DNA from: Oceanispirochaeta sp.
Lineage (GTDB): Bacteria > Spirochaetota > Spirochaetia > DSM-2461
DNA length: 64,000 nucleotides
NCBI GenBank assembly: GCA_963663385.2
Contig: CAXXXD010000002.1
Span: 512,001-576,000, forward strand
Reading direction: 5' to 3'
Positions 17,566-27,105 of this stretch are shown piece by piece; the first letter of the stretch is position 1; every line of letters begins with the position of its first letter. The notes below the pieces were generated by a model, which was not told the origin of the DNA, did no database searches, and saw nothing but the letters and a program-made list of their open reading frames with translations. Made by a program: the position numbers and the translations under genes.

Positions 17566-17755
17566 CCCCACTTAGTCGGACCCCTCTCAGTCCGGACCCC
17601 TCTCAGTCTCCCCTCAGGGGAGAAGTAGTATCGTTTTCCCCCCTTAAACGGAAGACTCAATACATTTTTCCCCTCCTGGACCATCCATTTATTACTATTA
17701 GGGAAAGTAACAATACATTTTCCCCCTCCCTGAGGAGGGGGCCAGGGGGAGGTCC
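17566..17755. repeat. Repeat unit R4
   Basis: Similarity to the other units ends after gggggaggtcc at 17755, where unique sequence resumes. Confidence 0.95.
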
Positions 17756-17897
17756 GGGAAACATGTCTGACCATAAGAGATAAACTCTGTCGAATTGCCA
17801 TCCTGCATGATATAATTAATACAATGCCTGGAGAATGTGCCATAAGCTGTAAAATCCGGTTTATGAGATTGTCCACATGGAAAATTCAGGAGGCTTC

Positions 17898-19268
17898 ATG
17901 AGTTCTATATTAATTAAAAACTGTGATACCCTTTTTCAGGGTGCGGATAAACCTGTCCTTAAAAACTGCGATCTGTTTGTTGAGAATAATATTATCTGTG
18001 AAATCGGTGTGGATCTGAAAGTTAAGGCCGACAGGGTCATTCCGGGAGAAAAGCGGGTTGTCCTTCCCGGTTTTGTGAATACCCATCACCATTTTTATCA
18101 GACCTTTACCAGAAACCTGCCTGCCGTGCAGAATGCGGAGCTCTTTGAATGGCTGGTCTACCTCTATGATATCTGGAAGCATATAGATATCGACAGCGTC
18201 TATCATTCGTCCATGCTGGCCATGGGGGAACTGCTGAAAACCGGCTGTACCTGTGCGACCGACCACCATTACCTCTATCCCCGGGATATAGACGGGGATA
18301 TCATGGCAGCCCAGTTCGCCGCTTCGGATAAGCTGGGGATGCGCTTTTCTCCCACCAGGGGATCCATGTCCCTGAGCAGGAAAGACGGGGGGCTGCCTCC
18401 GGACTCTGTTGTACAGACGGAAGAGGAAATCCTGAAAGATTCCGAGCGGGTCATAAAGGCCTATCACGACAATTCGGACTTCTCCATGAAGAAAATTGTG
18501 CTGGCTCCCTGCAGCCCCTTCTCCGTAACGGAGAAGCTGATGAAAGAATCTGCCGCTCTGGCCCGGGAATACGGTGTCCGTCTCCATACCCATCTGGCCG
18601 AAACCCGGGATGAGAACGATTTCTGTAAAAAGATGTATGGCCGGCGCCCCCTAAAGGTGATGGAGGACTGCGACTTTCTGGGCGAGGATGTTTTCTTTGC
18701 CCATGGTATACACTTCAATGATGAAGAGCTGGATATTCTTGCTGAAACGAAGACGCATATCGCCCACTGCCCCACATCCAACATGCGCCTGGGTTCCGGG
18801 ATCTGCCGGGTAACCGAGATGATCCCCAAAGGCATCAATGTCGGTCTGGCCGTGGACGGGTCCGCCTCCAACGATTCTTCGGATATGCTGGGGGAAGTCC
18901 GCAATGCCCTGATGCTGCAGCGGGTACATTATGGGGCTGCCGCGGTAACAACCGCGGATGTTTTAAAACTGGCAACCGAAAACGGCGCCCGCCTCTTGGG
19001 GTACAAGAAGGTAGGCCGTCTGGAGGAGGGCATGGCTGCCGACCTGGCAGTTTTCAATATGGACAAACTTGAGTATGCCGGAGCGTTGAGCGATCCTGTA
19101 GCGGCGCTGATATTTTCCGGTTACAATCATGAAGCTGAATATACAATTGTAAACGGAAGGATTGCCGTGGAAAAGGGCAAACTGACCGGTATGGATGAGG
19201 ACGAACTGAAAGAGGCCTGTATGACCCTTTCGAAATCCCTATGGAAAAAAGGAGGAGTGCAAATATGA
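17898..19268 (+). CDS. Amidohydrolase, 8-oxoguanine/isoxanthopterin deaminase-like
   Basis: PGFVNTHHHFYQT, TDHHYLYP, RGSMS...GGLPPD, APCSPFSV, LHTHLAET, HCPTSNMRL, VDGSASND. Confidence 0.87.
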   Translation: MSSILIKNCDTLFQGADKPVLKNCDLFVENNIICEIGVDLKVKADRVIPGEKRVVLPGFVNTHHHFYQTFTRNLPAVQNAELFEWLVYLYDIWKHIDIDSVYHSSMLAMGELLKTGCTCATDHHYLYPRDIDGDIMAAQFAASDKLGMRFSPTRGSMSLSRKDGGLPPDSVVQTEEEILKDSERVIKAYHDNSDFSMKKIVLAPCSPFSVTEKLMKESAALAREYGVRLHTHLAETRDENDFCKKMYGRRPLKVMEDCDFLGEDVFFAHGIHFNDEELDILAETKTHIAHCPTSNMRLGSGICRVTEMIPKGINVGLAVDGSASNDSSDMLGEVRNALMLQRVHYGAAAVTTADVLKLATENGARLLGYKKVGRLEEGMAADLAVFNMDKLEYAGALSDPVAALIFSGYNHEAEYTIVNGRIAVEKGKLTGMDEDELKEACMTLSKSLWKKGGVQI

Positions 19269-20059
19269 GCAGCCGGTATTTAAAACCGAAAACGATAGAA
19301 GAAGCCCTGATGATGAAGAAGGAATACCCCGGGAGTCTCTACCTGGGCGGCGGAACGGAAATCAACAATCCGTCTACGGAAATTCAGGCGGAAACCCTGA
19401 TCTCCCTGGATGATCTGAATCTGAAAGCCTGCGTTAAAGGGAACCATAACTATATCCTGGGGGCATCAGCCACCTTTCAGGAACTGATTGACTGGGAGGA
19501 GTGTTCTCCTGTCCTGAAGGAAGCCGCCGGTTTCCTCTATTCCAGGAATGTCCGGAATATGGCGACTGTGGGAGGCAATATAGGGGCCCATCTGAAACAG
19601 TCCTATCTGGTTCCTGTTCTTATGGTGCTGGAAGCGGATGTGGAACTGGGGAATGATGAGGTCATTCCCCTGGAACAGTATGTCAAAGAGGGGCGGAATG
19701 ATCTTATCCTTAATGTCCGTTTTTCCCATATCAAAGGAAAAGCCGCTGTAAAGAACCTTACCAGAACCGCCGGGGGAGAGACAATTGTATCTGCCGCTGT
19801 GGCGGTGGAACAGGAAGATGGAAAAATCACCAAAGCCCTTATTGCGGTAGGCGGTCTTTTTGACAGAGTGACCAGACTGACCTCAGTTGAAGAGGCTCTG
19901 GTCATGGGAAAGCTGAAAACAGGCGAAGAGATTCAGGATGCCGTGAACGAATCGGTCAGTGCCGAAGAGGATTACCTGGGGTCCGCCGCCTATAAGAAAT
20001 ATATCTGTGGAATTATTGTTGCCGACTGCGTGGCAAAATGTATGAGGGGGGAGTCATGA
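19265..20059 (+). CDS. ygfM: Molybdopterin oxidoreductase FAD-binding subunit (YgfM-like)
   Basis: LGGGTEIN, RNVRNMATVGGNI, DYLGSAAYKKY; ATGA overlaps couple it to both neighbours. Confidence 0.8.
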   Translation: MSSRYLKPKTIEEALMMKKEYPGSLYLGGGTEINNPSTEIQAETLISLDDLNLKACVKGNHNYILGASATFQELIDWEECSPVLKEAAGFLYSRNVRNMATVGGNIGAHLKQSYLVPVLMVLEADVELGNDEVIPLEQYVKEGRNDLILNVRFSHIKGKAAVKNLTRTAGGETIVSAAVAVEQEDGKITKALIAVGGLFDRVTRLTSVEEALVMGKLKTGEEIQDAVNESVSAEEDYLGSAAYKKYICGIIVADCVAKCMRGES

Positions 20060-22941
20060 ATCAGAAAATTACCCTGGAATGGGTTCTGAACGGAAAAACC
20101 CTGTTTACAGAAACCGATCCTTTTGTAAATGTACAGGTTCTGCTGAAGCAGATGGGAATCCTCTCTGTCCGCGACAGCGATAATCATACGGGTTTTGCCG
20201 GAAGCGATACGATCCTTCTGGATGGAAAACCTGTTAATGCGGGGTTGATGATAGCCGCTCAGCTGGACGGTCACGATGTGGTCACCGCTGAGTTTCTGGC
20301 AAAGGGCAATCAAATGGATCCCGTTCAGGCCGCTCTGGTGGATGCCGGTGCGGTTCAGTCCGGTTACAACGCCCCCGCCTCGGCTCTGGTCCTGACAGAC
20401 CTGCTCAACCGCTGCAGCAACCCCACGGAAGAGGAGATCCGGGATGCCTTTTCCAGCCTCTACTTCCGGGACAACGGGTATATCCCCCTGTTCAAGGCGG
20501 TTGAGCTGGCTATCAAGTACCGGGAAAACGATACAGAGGATCTGGCAATCGCTCCCGAATTCAGGGACGATCTGCGGGATGTGGGAAAGCCCCGGCGAAA
20601 GATCGACGGTTCCAAACTGGTTATGGGCCGCAGGGCTTTTGTGGAAGACCGGGTGGATCCCAATCCTCTTTATATGAAGGTTCTCCGAAGCCGTTTCGCC
20701 CACGCCTATATCAAAAGCATCGATACCTCCATGGCAGAATCCCTGCCGGGCGTACACAGCATCATTACTCACGAAAACTGCCCCGATGTCTATTACGGCT
20801 CTGCCGGTCAGGGATTTCCCGAACCTTCTCCCTACGATAAGAGGATGTTCAGTCAGAAAATCCGCCATGCCGGAGACCGTGTGGCCGCCGTTGTCGCCGA
20901 GTCGGAACAGATTGCCCTGGATGCCCTGGCCCTGATCCATGTGGAGTATGAAGCCCTTCCCCCGGTTTTCACCGTGGATGAAGCTAAAGCCGAAGGGGCT
21001 CCTGTCGTACAGAATGGAACAATTGAGTATGTTGTCGGCGCTCCGGACGATCTTGAAGAGCAGAACAAAACCGCCGATCCCCGGGACGGTAAGATAATCT
21101 ACCAGTTTCCCATCGGAGCGGATCCCCGTAAAAACATCGCCGCCAGCGTTTCCGGCGGTATCGGGGATATGGACAAGGGCTTCAGGGACGCGGAAGTTAT
21201 TATTGAACGGGAGTACGAAACTACCCAGATTCAGTGTACCCCCCTGGAACCCCATACGGTATATACCAAAATGGAAGGGGACCGTCTGGTCATTCATGCT
21301 TCCACCCAGGTTCCCTGGCACCTCAGGCGGATTGTCGCCCGGGTTCTGGGAATCAAGGAGAACAGGATACAGGTTATTAAGGAACGAACCGGCGGCGCCT
21401 ACGGTTCCAAGCAGGATATCCTTCTGGAGGAACTGGCCGCCTGGGTTACCTGGACCTCCGGACAATCCGTATTCTATCAGCATACAAGAGAAGAGGAGTT
21501 TATCGCCTGTTCCACCCGTTTCCCCATGAAGATGGGGGTTAAGCTGGGAGCCCGAAAAGACGGGACCCTGACAGCTGTTCATATGACGGTGGACGCCAAC
21601 TCCGGTCCCTTCGGGAACCACTGCCTGACCGTTCCCATGAACGCCTGCTCCAAGTCGCTGCCCCTCTTTTTGTGCGACAACTTTCACTTTGATGTGACAA
21701 CCTACTATACCAATATTCCCCCCACCGGCGCCTATCAGGGATACGGCGCTCCCAAGGGATCCTACGCCCTGCAGATGGCCATTGCCGAACTGGCGGAAGA
21801 ACTGAAGATGGACCCCCTGGCTCTGATTGAAAAAAACAGGGTAAGGGAAGGGGCCATGCTGGAAATCCTCAAGTGCCTGGGTGAGGGAAGGGAAGGAATC
21901 GCGGCTCCTGTTGAAAGCTGCGGTCTGGACGGTGCCCTGAAAGAGGGCGCCGAGATGATCGAGTGGGATAAAAAGGAAATATCCGATGACCCGGATGTGA
22001 AGATCGGAAAGGGCGTTGTTATCATTCAGCAGGGATCGGGACTCCCCGGTCTGGACCATTCCAATGCGGATGTCAAACTGATGACCGACGGAACCCTCAT
22101 CGTTCACACCGGCGGAACCGATCTGGGAACGGGACTGGATACGCTCTGTGTTAAAATTGCGGCGGAGGTGCTCTGTACCCCCATGGACGATATCGCCATC
22201 GTGGCGGCTGATACGGACAACACCTCCTTCGATACGGGAGCCTATGCGTCAAGCGGAACCTACTTTTCCGGCGGTGCGGTTTACAAAGCCGCGGGCGTTC
22301 TGAAGGACAAGATCCTGCAGGCGGCATCGGAAATGCTGAAGGAACCGGTGGAAGATCTGAGCCTGGAATTCCCCTCTTTTGTAAAAGGAAAGAAAGGACA
22401 GGTCAGCTTTGAGGATATCTCCCGGGACTCCCTGACCGGCGAAGGCCGGGGGCAGCTGATCGGTTTTGCCTCCTACACCACGGATGATTCCGCCTTCCCC
22501 TACGGGGCGCACTTCGCCCAGGTGGCGGTCAATACCCGCACCGGCGAGATCAAGGTACAGAAGTATTATGCCCTGCAGGACTGCGGAACCCCCATCAACC
22601 CCGAGCTGGCTCTGGGGCAGATCTACGGCGGTGTGGTTAAATCCATCGGCCATACCCTCTACGAAGAGATGGTCTTTGACGAAAAGGGCCGCTGTCTGAA
22701 CCCCGACCTGCGGCGTTACGGCGTTCCCCTGATCGGCGATATACCCGAGGATCTGGAAGCCCGTCTGGTTTACACCGATGATCCCTTCGGTCCCTTCGGC
22801 GGCAAGTCCATCTCCGAAATCAGCGTAAACGGCGCCGCTCCGGTTATTGCCAATGCGGTGCATGATGCCACGGGTATCTGGATACGGAAGTGGCCCATTA
22901 CACCCGAGAAGATTTTAAGGGAGCTGGGGAAAATTAAGTAG
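20056..22941 (+). CDS. xdhD: XdhD-type fused Fe-S-like/molybdopterin-binding oxidoreductase (putative hypoxanthine oxidase)
   Basis: SVRDSD..GFAGSD and QSGYN N-terminus typical of XdhD, AGQGFPEPSPYD, STQVP, GGAYGSKQ, AYQGYGAP, GAYASSGT, GPFGGKSISE. Confidence 0.88.
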   Translation: MNQKITLEWVLNGKTLFTETDPFVNVQVLLKQMGILSVRDSDNHTGFAGSDTILLDGKPVNAGLMIAAQLDGHDVVTAEFLAKGNQMDPVQAALVDAGAVQSGYNAPASALVLTDLLNRCSNPTEEEIRDAFSSLYFRDNGYIPLFKAVELAIKYRENDTEDLAIAPEFRDDLRDVGKPRRKIDGSKLVMGRRAFVEDRVDPNPLYMKVLRSRFAHAYIKSIDTSMAESLPGVHSIITHENCPDVYYGSAGQGFPEPSPYDKRMFSQKIRHAGDRVAAVVAESEQIALDALALIHVEYEALPPVFTVDEAKAEGAPVVQNGTIEYVVGAPDDLEEQNKTADPRDGKIIYQFPIGADPRKNIAASVSGGIGDMDKGFRDAEVIIEREYETTQIQCTPLEPHTVYTKMEGDRLVIHASTQVPWHLRRIVARVLGIKENRIQVIKERTGGAYGSKQDILLEELAAWVTWTSGQSVFYQHTREEEFIACSTRFPMKMGVKLGARKDGTLTAVHMTVDANSGPFGNHCLTVPMNACSKSLPLFLCDNFHFDVTTYYTNIPPTGAYQGYGAPKGSYALQMAIAELAEELKMDPLALIEKNRVREGAMLEILKCLGEGREGIAAPVESCGLDGALKEGAEMIEWDKKEISDDPDVKIGKGVVIIQQGSGLPGLDHSNADVKLMTDGTLIVHTGGTDLGTGLDTLCVKIAAEVLCTPMDDIAIVAADTDNTSFDTGAYASSGTYFSGGAVYKAAGVLKDKILQAASEMLKEPVEDLSLEFPSFVKGKKGQVSFEDISRDSLTGEGRGQLIGFASYTTDDSAFPYGAHFAQVAVNTRTGEIKVQKYYALQDCGTPINPELALGQIYGGVVKSIGHTLYEEMVFDEKGRCLNPDLRRYGVPLIGDIPEDLEARLVYTDDPFGPFGGKSISEISVNGAAPVIANAVHDATGIWIRKWPITPEKILRELGKIK

Positions 22942-22963
22942 ATAAGAACCTCATGATTCTTAG

Positions 22964-22992
22964 GATAATCCGCAATCTGATTGCGGATTATC
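22964..22992. other. Near-perfect 29 bp palindrome after xdhD
   Basis: gataatccgcaatc-t-gattgcggattatc. Confidence 0.6.
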
Positions 22993-23089
22993 TGCATTTT
23001 AAATGCGTAATTGTATCCATTTGGGTATAGAAGCAGACTCAGTCTGTTGAATATGAGATAATTCTTTGGATTAAAAAAGTCAACAAATT

Positions 23090-23121
23090 AGGCAGTCCTT
23101 AATTAACGGCTGCCTTTTTTT
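23090..23121 (+). terminator. Intrinsic terminator
   Basis: aggcagtc...ggctgcct followed by a T-run. Confidence 0.6.
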
Positions 23122-23189
23122 ATTGTGTTTTTTTAAAACCGTGTATATTATTATCTGTGTTGAAGCTTAAATCTATGGAGTGAAAAATA

Positions 23190-25037
23190 ATGAAAAAGTA
23201 CCTATCTCTTTTTCTCCTGCTGCCGTTCCTGTTCTTTATGAGCTGTGAATTATTTGACAGTGGAAGTGATAAAGACGATGACGATGATGATGATAATAAT
23301 ACTGAGCAGGTCAGCGGCCTACAGTTTAATATCAGCGGGGCGAAGGCGTTAGCCGGTGGCAGTTCAAGCAGTTCCGGGGTGGAAATGTCCCGTTCCGCCA
23401 GAACGGCAATGTCGGCGGATCTGGTGAAAATCCTGGAAGATGGAACCATAGAAGCTGCGTTAAGTTTTGGTGATGACAACTACAGCTGGACCCCCAATAT
23501 TTCCTTTATGTCTGTTGGGGAGGACGGGAGTGTGTATATCTGTTTTGAATCAATGTATTCTGAGTGGAATTATGATGAAACGGATGGTTCCTCATCAACT
23601 ACCTATCTTCAATTTGTTAGAGTCTATCCTGACAATACCTATGATGTCCTATGGCCACATGAAACAGATTCTGATGAGTATCCCAGTGAGACCATTCAAA
23701 CCTGGACCTGGTATACCGATATGGATATGGATCCATTGGTGAAAGATTCCTCTGGTAATATATATTTTATGACACAGAGCTGGACTAATAGTAAAACTGT
23801 AAACCATATTTATAAGTATTCACCGTCTAGTGGTGGAAGCCCGGTAAGGGTTACTCCGGCAAATTCAACAATGACGATTGATACGTTTAAGGTAGATTCC
23901 AATAGTAATCTTTATATTAAGTCCGGTTGGTCAACTTCTGATAGCTGGATGCGCTGTTATCTTTCGGGCGAAACAACACCTCAAAATATATATTTTACTT
24001 CAACTAATGATACCTGGATTCGAGGGTATAATACGGCTCCTACTGGTAGCGCTCTTATAATCAACGGTTATAATGTGCGGGGAATGAGCGGTATTATAAA
24101 AGCAACAGTAAGCTCTGGTTCTAATCCGGAAATCGATCTCCTATATAGCACCAATAGTTCCAGCTGGGTCTCTTTGGCCATGGATACGGATTACACATGG
24201 GATAATCCAACCAGTTTGATGAATTATACTTATACATATAATCAGGCAACATATTCGTATGATTATACTTTCAGTTGGGATAATGATGTATTATCAGATT
24301 CAAATGTTGTGGAAGATAAAATTCTTCAAAGGATTCAACCATATTATATTGGTGCAGTAACCCTTAAATCCGAGCCATCAGCTTCAGGATGGGATCTGGA
24401 TGCTTCTCCTATAGCTTCTGATGGAGGTTTCACATTTTCAACTGTTGGCGAATGGATTAAAGATCAACCGGAGGATTTTCTTAAAACATGTTTCACTGGA
24501 ACAATGATGAAGGACTGGCTTGCAAATAATAACCTGAGTTATTTCAGTTTTGATTATATTCAGAACATGATTTATGACACAGCCGGAAATCTGTATGGGG
24601 TTTACTTTGACTATAGCGGAACGGGAAATAAAATTGTGAAACTGTTAAATAGTGCTGGAGACCGCAATTTATCCATAATCAGTTCAGCCCATGGCGAAGA
24701 TAAACCGAGTATGATAAAATTTATTGGCAATTATATGTATTACAGATACTCTGTTATGGATGCTTCCGGTTATGAAACAGGTTACAACAAACTGGCCAGG
24801 CTTGATATTACTTCCAGTTCGGATAACAATGATGAGGAGATACTGACTGATAGTTTCTTTACCGGCAAGAATCTTCAGATCCTTACCTATGATGTTGCTG
24901 ACGATAATTCTGTGATGTACTTTTCCGCTTTGGATTATTTTACTAATGAAGTTATCTTTGGAAAAGTTGATTTGACAACCATGACATACAGTGATGTGGA
25001 TTATAGTTCTACATTCAGCGAAATAACCGTATTCTAA
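23190..25037 (+). CDS. Large acidic Ser/Thr/Tyr-rich lipoprotein, unknown function (possibly beta-propeller-like)
   Basis: MKK + hydrophobic core + FFMSC, poly-Asp tether, repeated D..GN(I/L)Y motifs, AT-rich DNA. Confidence 0.8.
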   Translation: MKKYLSLFLLLPFLFFMSCELFDSGSDKDDDDDDDNNTEQVSGLQFNISGAKALAGGSSSSSGVEMSRSARTAMSADLVKILEDGTIEAALSFGDDNYSWTPNISFMSVGEDGSVYICFESMYSEWNYDETDGSSSTTYLQFVRVYPDNTYDVLWPHETDSDEYPSETIQTWTWYTDMDMDPLVKDSSGNIYFMTQSWTNSKTVNHIYKYSPSSGGSPVRVTPANSTMTIDTFKVDSNSNLYIKSGWSTSDSWMRCYLSGETTPQNIYFTSTNDTWIRGYNTAPTGSALIINGYNVRGMSGIIKATVSSGSNPEIDLLYSTNSSSWVSLAMDTDYTWDNPTSLMNYTYTYNQATYSYDYTFSWDNDVLSDSNVVEDKILQRIQPYYIGAVTLKSEPSASGWDLDASPIASDGGFTFSTVGEWIKDQPEDFLKTCFTGTMMKDWLANNNLSYFSFDYIQNMIYDTAGNLYGVYFDYSGTGNKIVKLLNSAGDRNLSIISSAHGEDKPSMIKFIGNYMYYRYSVMDASGYETGYNKLARLDITSSSDNNDEEILTDSFFTGKNLQILTYDVADDNSVMYFSALDYFTNEVIFGKVDLTTMTYSDVDYSSTFSEITVF

Positions 25038-25061
25038 CACCGGTTATTACACGTTAATCAG

Positions 25062-25092
25062 AATCCTGCTGTTCATCAGCAGGATTTTTTTT
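25062..25092 (+). terminator. Intrinsic terminator
   Basis: aatcctgctg-ttcat-cagcaggatt followed by a T-run. Confidence 0.85.
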
Positions 25093-25322
25093 GTGAAGAT
25101 ATCTTCATATTCCGTTAAGAAATAGTAAAAAAATCCCTTTTAATGTGTGATTTTCTTGTTTTTTCTTTGATTTTCTGTAACCTTTGCTTTATCATTGTAC
25201 GTAGTGTTCGCTTATGGAGAAAAAGCCCCTGCCGGTTATACTATTCATTTTTGCGGATGCGGAATGTTGGTTATTTGGTCCGTCGGATCATGTAAGAAAA
25301 AGAAAATTTAGGAGAAGTGCTT

Positions 25323-27086
25323 ATGAAAAAACGCTTGTTATGTGTCATGATTATTTTGAGCGTAATTAGCGCCGCTGTGTTTGCTGATGAGGATTTTAGA
25401 GAGTCGTATACAAACGATGTCACATCAGGAATTTTTAGTGAAGACCAGGATAACTATCTCAGTACAACTGGTTTTGGAAATCTTGAGAGTAACAAACTGT
25501 TTATGTCTCTCGGTTCTCCTGATGAAAGTTCCGGTGCTTTTCAGATTGGAACAGCAAACTTTTTTGACAATCTATATATTGGAACTAGTTTTTATATAGA
25601 TGAATTGGGTACTCAGGGTAATTCAGGTACAGATGTATCAATTACACAGACATCAGATATCGATTATAATAAAACAGCAAGTGGAACTGTCACATCAATT
25701 ACAACTACTGAAAATGAAAAAATAGAATCAACTTATAAATTCGGTAATTCAGGCCAGGTTCTTGTCGGTGTTGGTGATATTGGTATTTCTGTCTACGGTG
25801 GTATGTTTAAATCTGATACAACCGGTACATATGATGGTTATGGTAGTATTGGAACTTCTCAATCTATAGTAAGCAAAGATATGGATGGTAATGTTCTTTC
25901 TGACTATTCAAAAGATTACGATGGCGGTTACCACAATGATTCAACAATTCAGGTATCTCTGGAAGTTGGAGTACCTGTCGGTTCCCTGGATATTAAAGCT
26001 GGTGTATGGACCGAGATTGTTAATGATGAAGAAAAATATACTTACAAAGAAGTTCGGGAAACACCTAATGCCGGTTTTGCAGAATATGAGGGAACGGATG
26101 ATGTTCAGTACTATAAAAAAGAAACCGGAACAAGTTCCAGATTCTCTATTGATAGTGATTCTCTGACAGATTACTGGGCCAATTCAAACGATGGAAATTA
26201 TATAAATATCATTCCCAGTGTCAGTGTTGATACGGCATTTGATACCCCCCTGTTTGGAGGAACAACTCTTGATGTTGGTCTGGCTTATAAGCTTGGTTTG
26301 ATGCTGAGTCCTGTAAGTGAAGAAAGTACTTCTATAACTGAGTATAAAACCAATAATACTGCCGACCCCGGATATGTTAGGACTACTTTAGTTGAAACTG
26401 AAGAAGAAGAGGCTGATGATATCTCCTATATGAACCACATGATTTACCCTTCTTTCAAGTTGACCAAAGATTTTGGTGATTCTGTGAAACTGGGTGTTTC
26501 TTATAAGCCAATGATTTCAATCATCAATCAGGAAGTAACAGATACACATTCCAAAACAGTTACTACTACCTATGATGACGGCAGAGCTGCAACAGATGAT
26601 GATTATGTAGAAGTTGTAACAACCTCTTATGCTGATGAAACCACAACTACCGAGACTTTCAAATATGATTATGATTTGGGTGTTGGTGCTCAGTTTATGC
26701 TGAAAGAACGTTTGAGAATCAATGTTGGTGCAAAGGCAACTGTTCAGGCTCTGACAATAGCTTCTGAAAAGAAAGATGTTGATGGTATTGGAGAAGTTCA
26801 GACTGTAAGATACAGACCTGATGAAGATGGGACAAGCTACACCACTACTTATTCAGAATCAGATCCGGATCCGGATCCTGATAGTGATCCTTCTACAGAT
26901 GATGGAACAACTCCTGCTCAGACTCAGTATAACCAGAATCTTGGTATAACAATGGCCTATGAAGCTGGTTTTACCTTCTTCTACAATGACAGTCTTACAC
27001 TGGATATGAAAGCAAACATGTTAGGAACAACTACAAATGTATTTGCATTTGATACATGGTCTGCAGAATTCACATTTTCTTACTAA
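25323..27086 (+). CDS. Putative outer-membrane beta-barrel protein with large acidic loops
   Basis: Signal peptide ending AVFA, alternating amphipathic strands, C-terminal aromatic beta-signal (AEFTFSY), DPDPDPDSDP loop. Confidence 0.75.
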   Translation: MKKRLLCVMIILSVISAAVFADEDFRESYTNDVTSGIFSEDQDNYLSTTGFGNLESNKLFMSLGSPDESSGAFQIGTANFFDNLYIGTSFYIDELGTQGNSGTDVSITQTSDIDYNKTASGTVTSITTTENEKIESTYKFGNSGQVLVGVGDIGISVYGGMFKSDTTGTYDGYGSIGTSQSIVSKDMDGNVLSDYSKDYDGGYHNDSTIQVSLEVGVPVGSLDIKAGVWTEIVNDEEKYTYKEVRETPNAGFAEYEGTDDVQYYKKETGTSSRFSIDSDSLTDYWANSNDGNYINIIPSVSVDTAFDTPLFGGTTLDVGLAYKLGLMLSPVSEESTSITEYKTNNTADPGYVRTTLVETEEEEADDISYMNHMIYPSFKLTKDFGDSVKLGVSYKPMISIINQEVTDTHSKTVTTTYDDGRAATDDDYVEVVTTSYADETTTTETFKYDYDLGVGAQFMLKERLRINVGAKATVQALTIASEKKDVDGIGEVQTVRYRPDEDGTSYTTTYSESDPDPDPDSDPSTDDGTTPAQTQYNQNLGITMAYEAGFTFFYNDSLTLDMKANMLGTTTNVFAFDTWSAEFTFSY

Positions 27087-27105
27087 GAGAAAAGGAGCAT
27101 AGAGT

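Larger units (their letters stand above)
15629..17755 (+). mobile_element. Tandem array of 3 DUF559 endonuclease genes alternating with 4 palindromic repeat units (putative selfish element)
   Basis: R-G-R-G-R-G-R structure with start-to-start periods of 650 and 635 bp. Genes are AT-rich, repeats are GC-rich with hairpins. Mobility is inferred. Confidence 0.65.

Noticed and set aside
15629..17755. CRISPR array or insertion sequence interpretation of the tandem repeats
   Set aside because: Units are 175-192 bp, the intervening sequences are near-identical genes and not unique spacers, and no cas or transposase motifs are present.
15363..17876. ORFs crossing the repeat units (15363-15833, 16199-16492, 16849-17127, 17484-17876)
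   Set aside because: Low-complexity Pro/Gly translations of the palindromic repeats, overlapping real genes.
17756..17897. Purine riboswitch upstream of the purine operon
   Set aside because: I could not find the conserved core (TATAAT..GATATGG..GTTTCTACC) in the right arrangement.
19990..22863. 705-aa and 204-aa minus-strand ORFs
   Set aside because: Antisense shadows of GC-rich xdhD.
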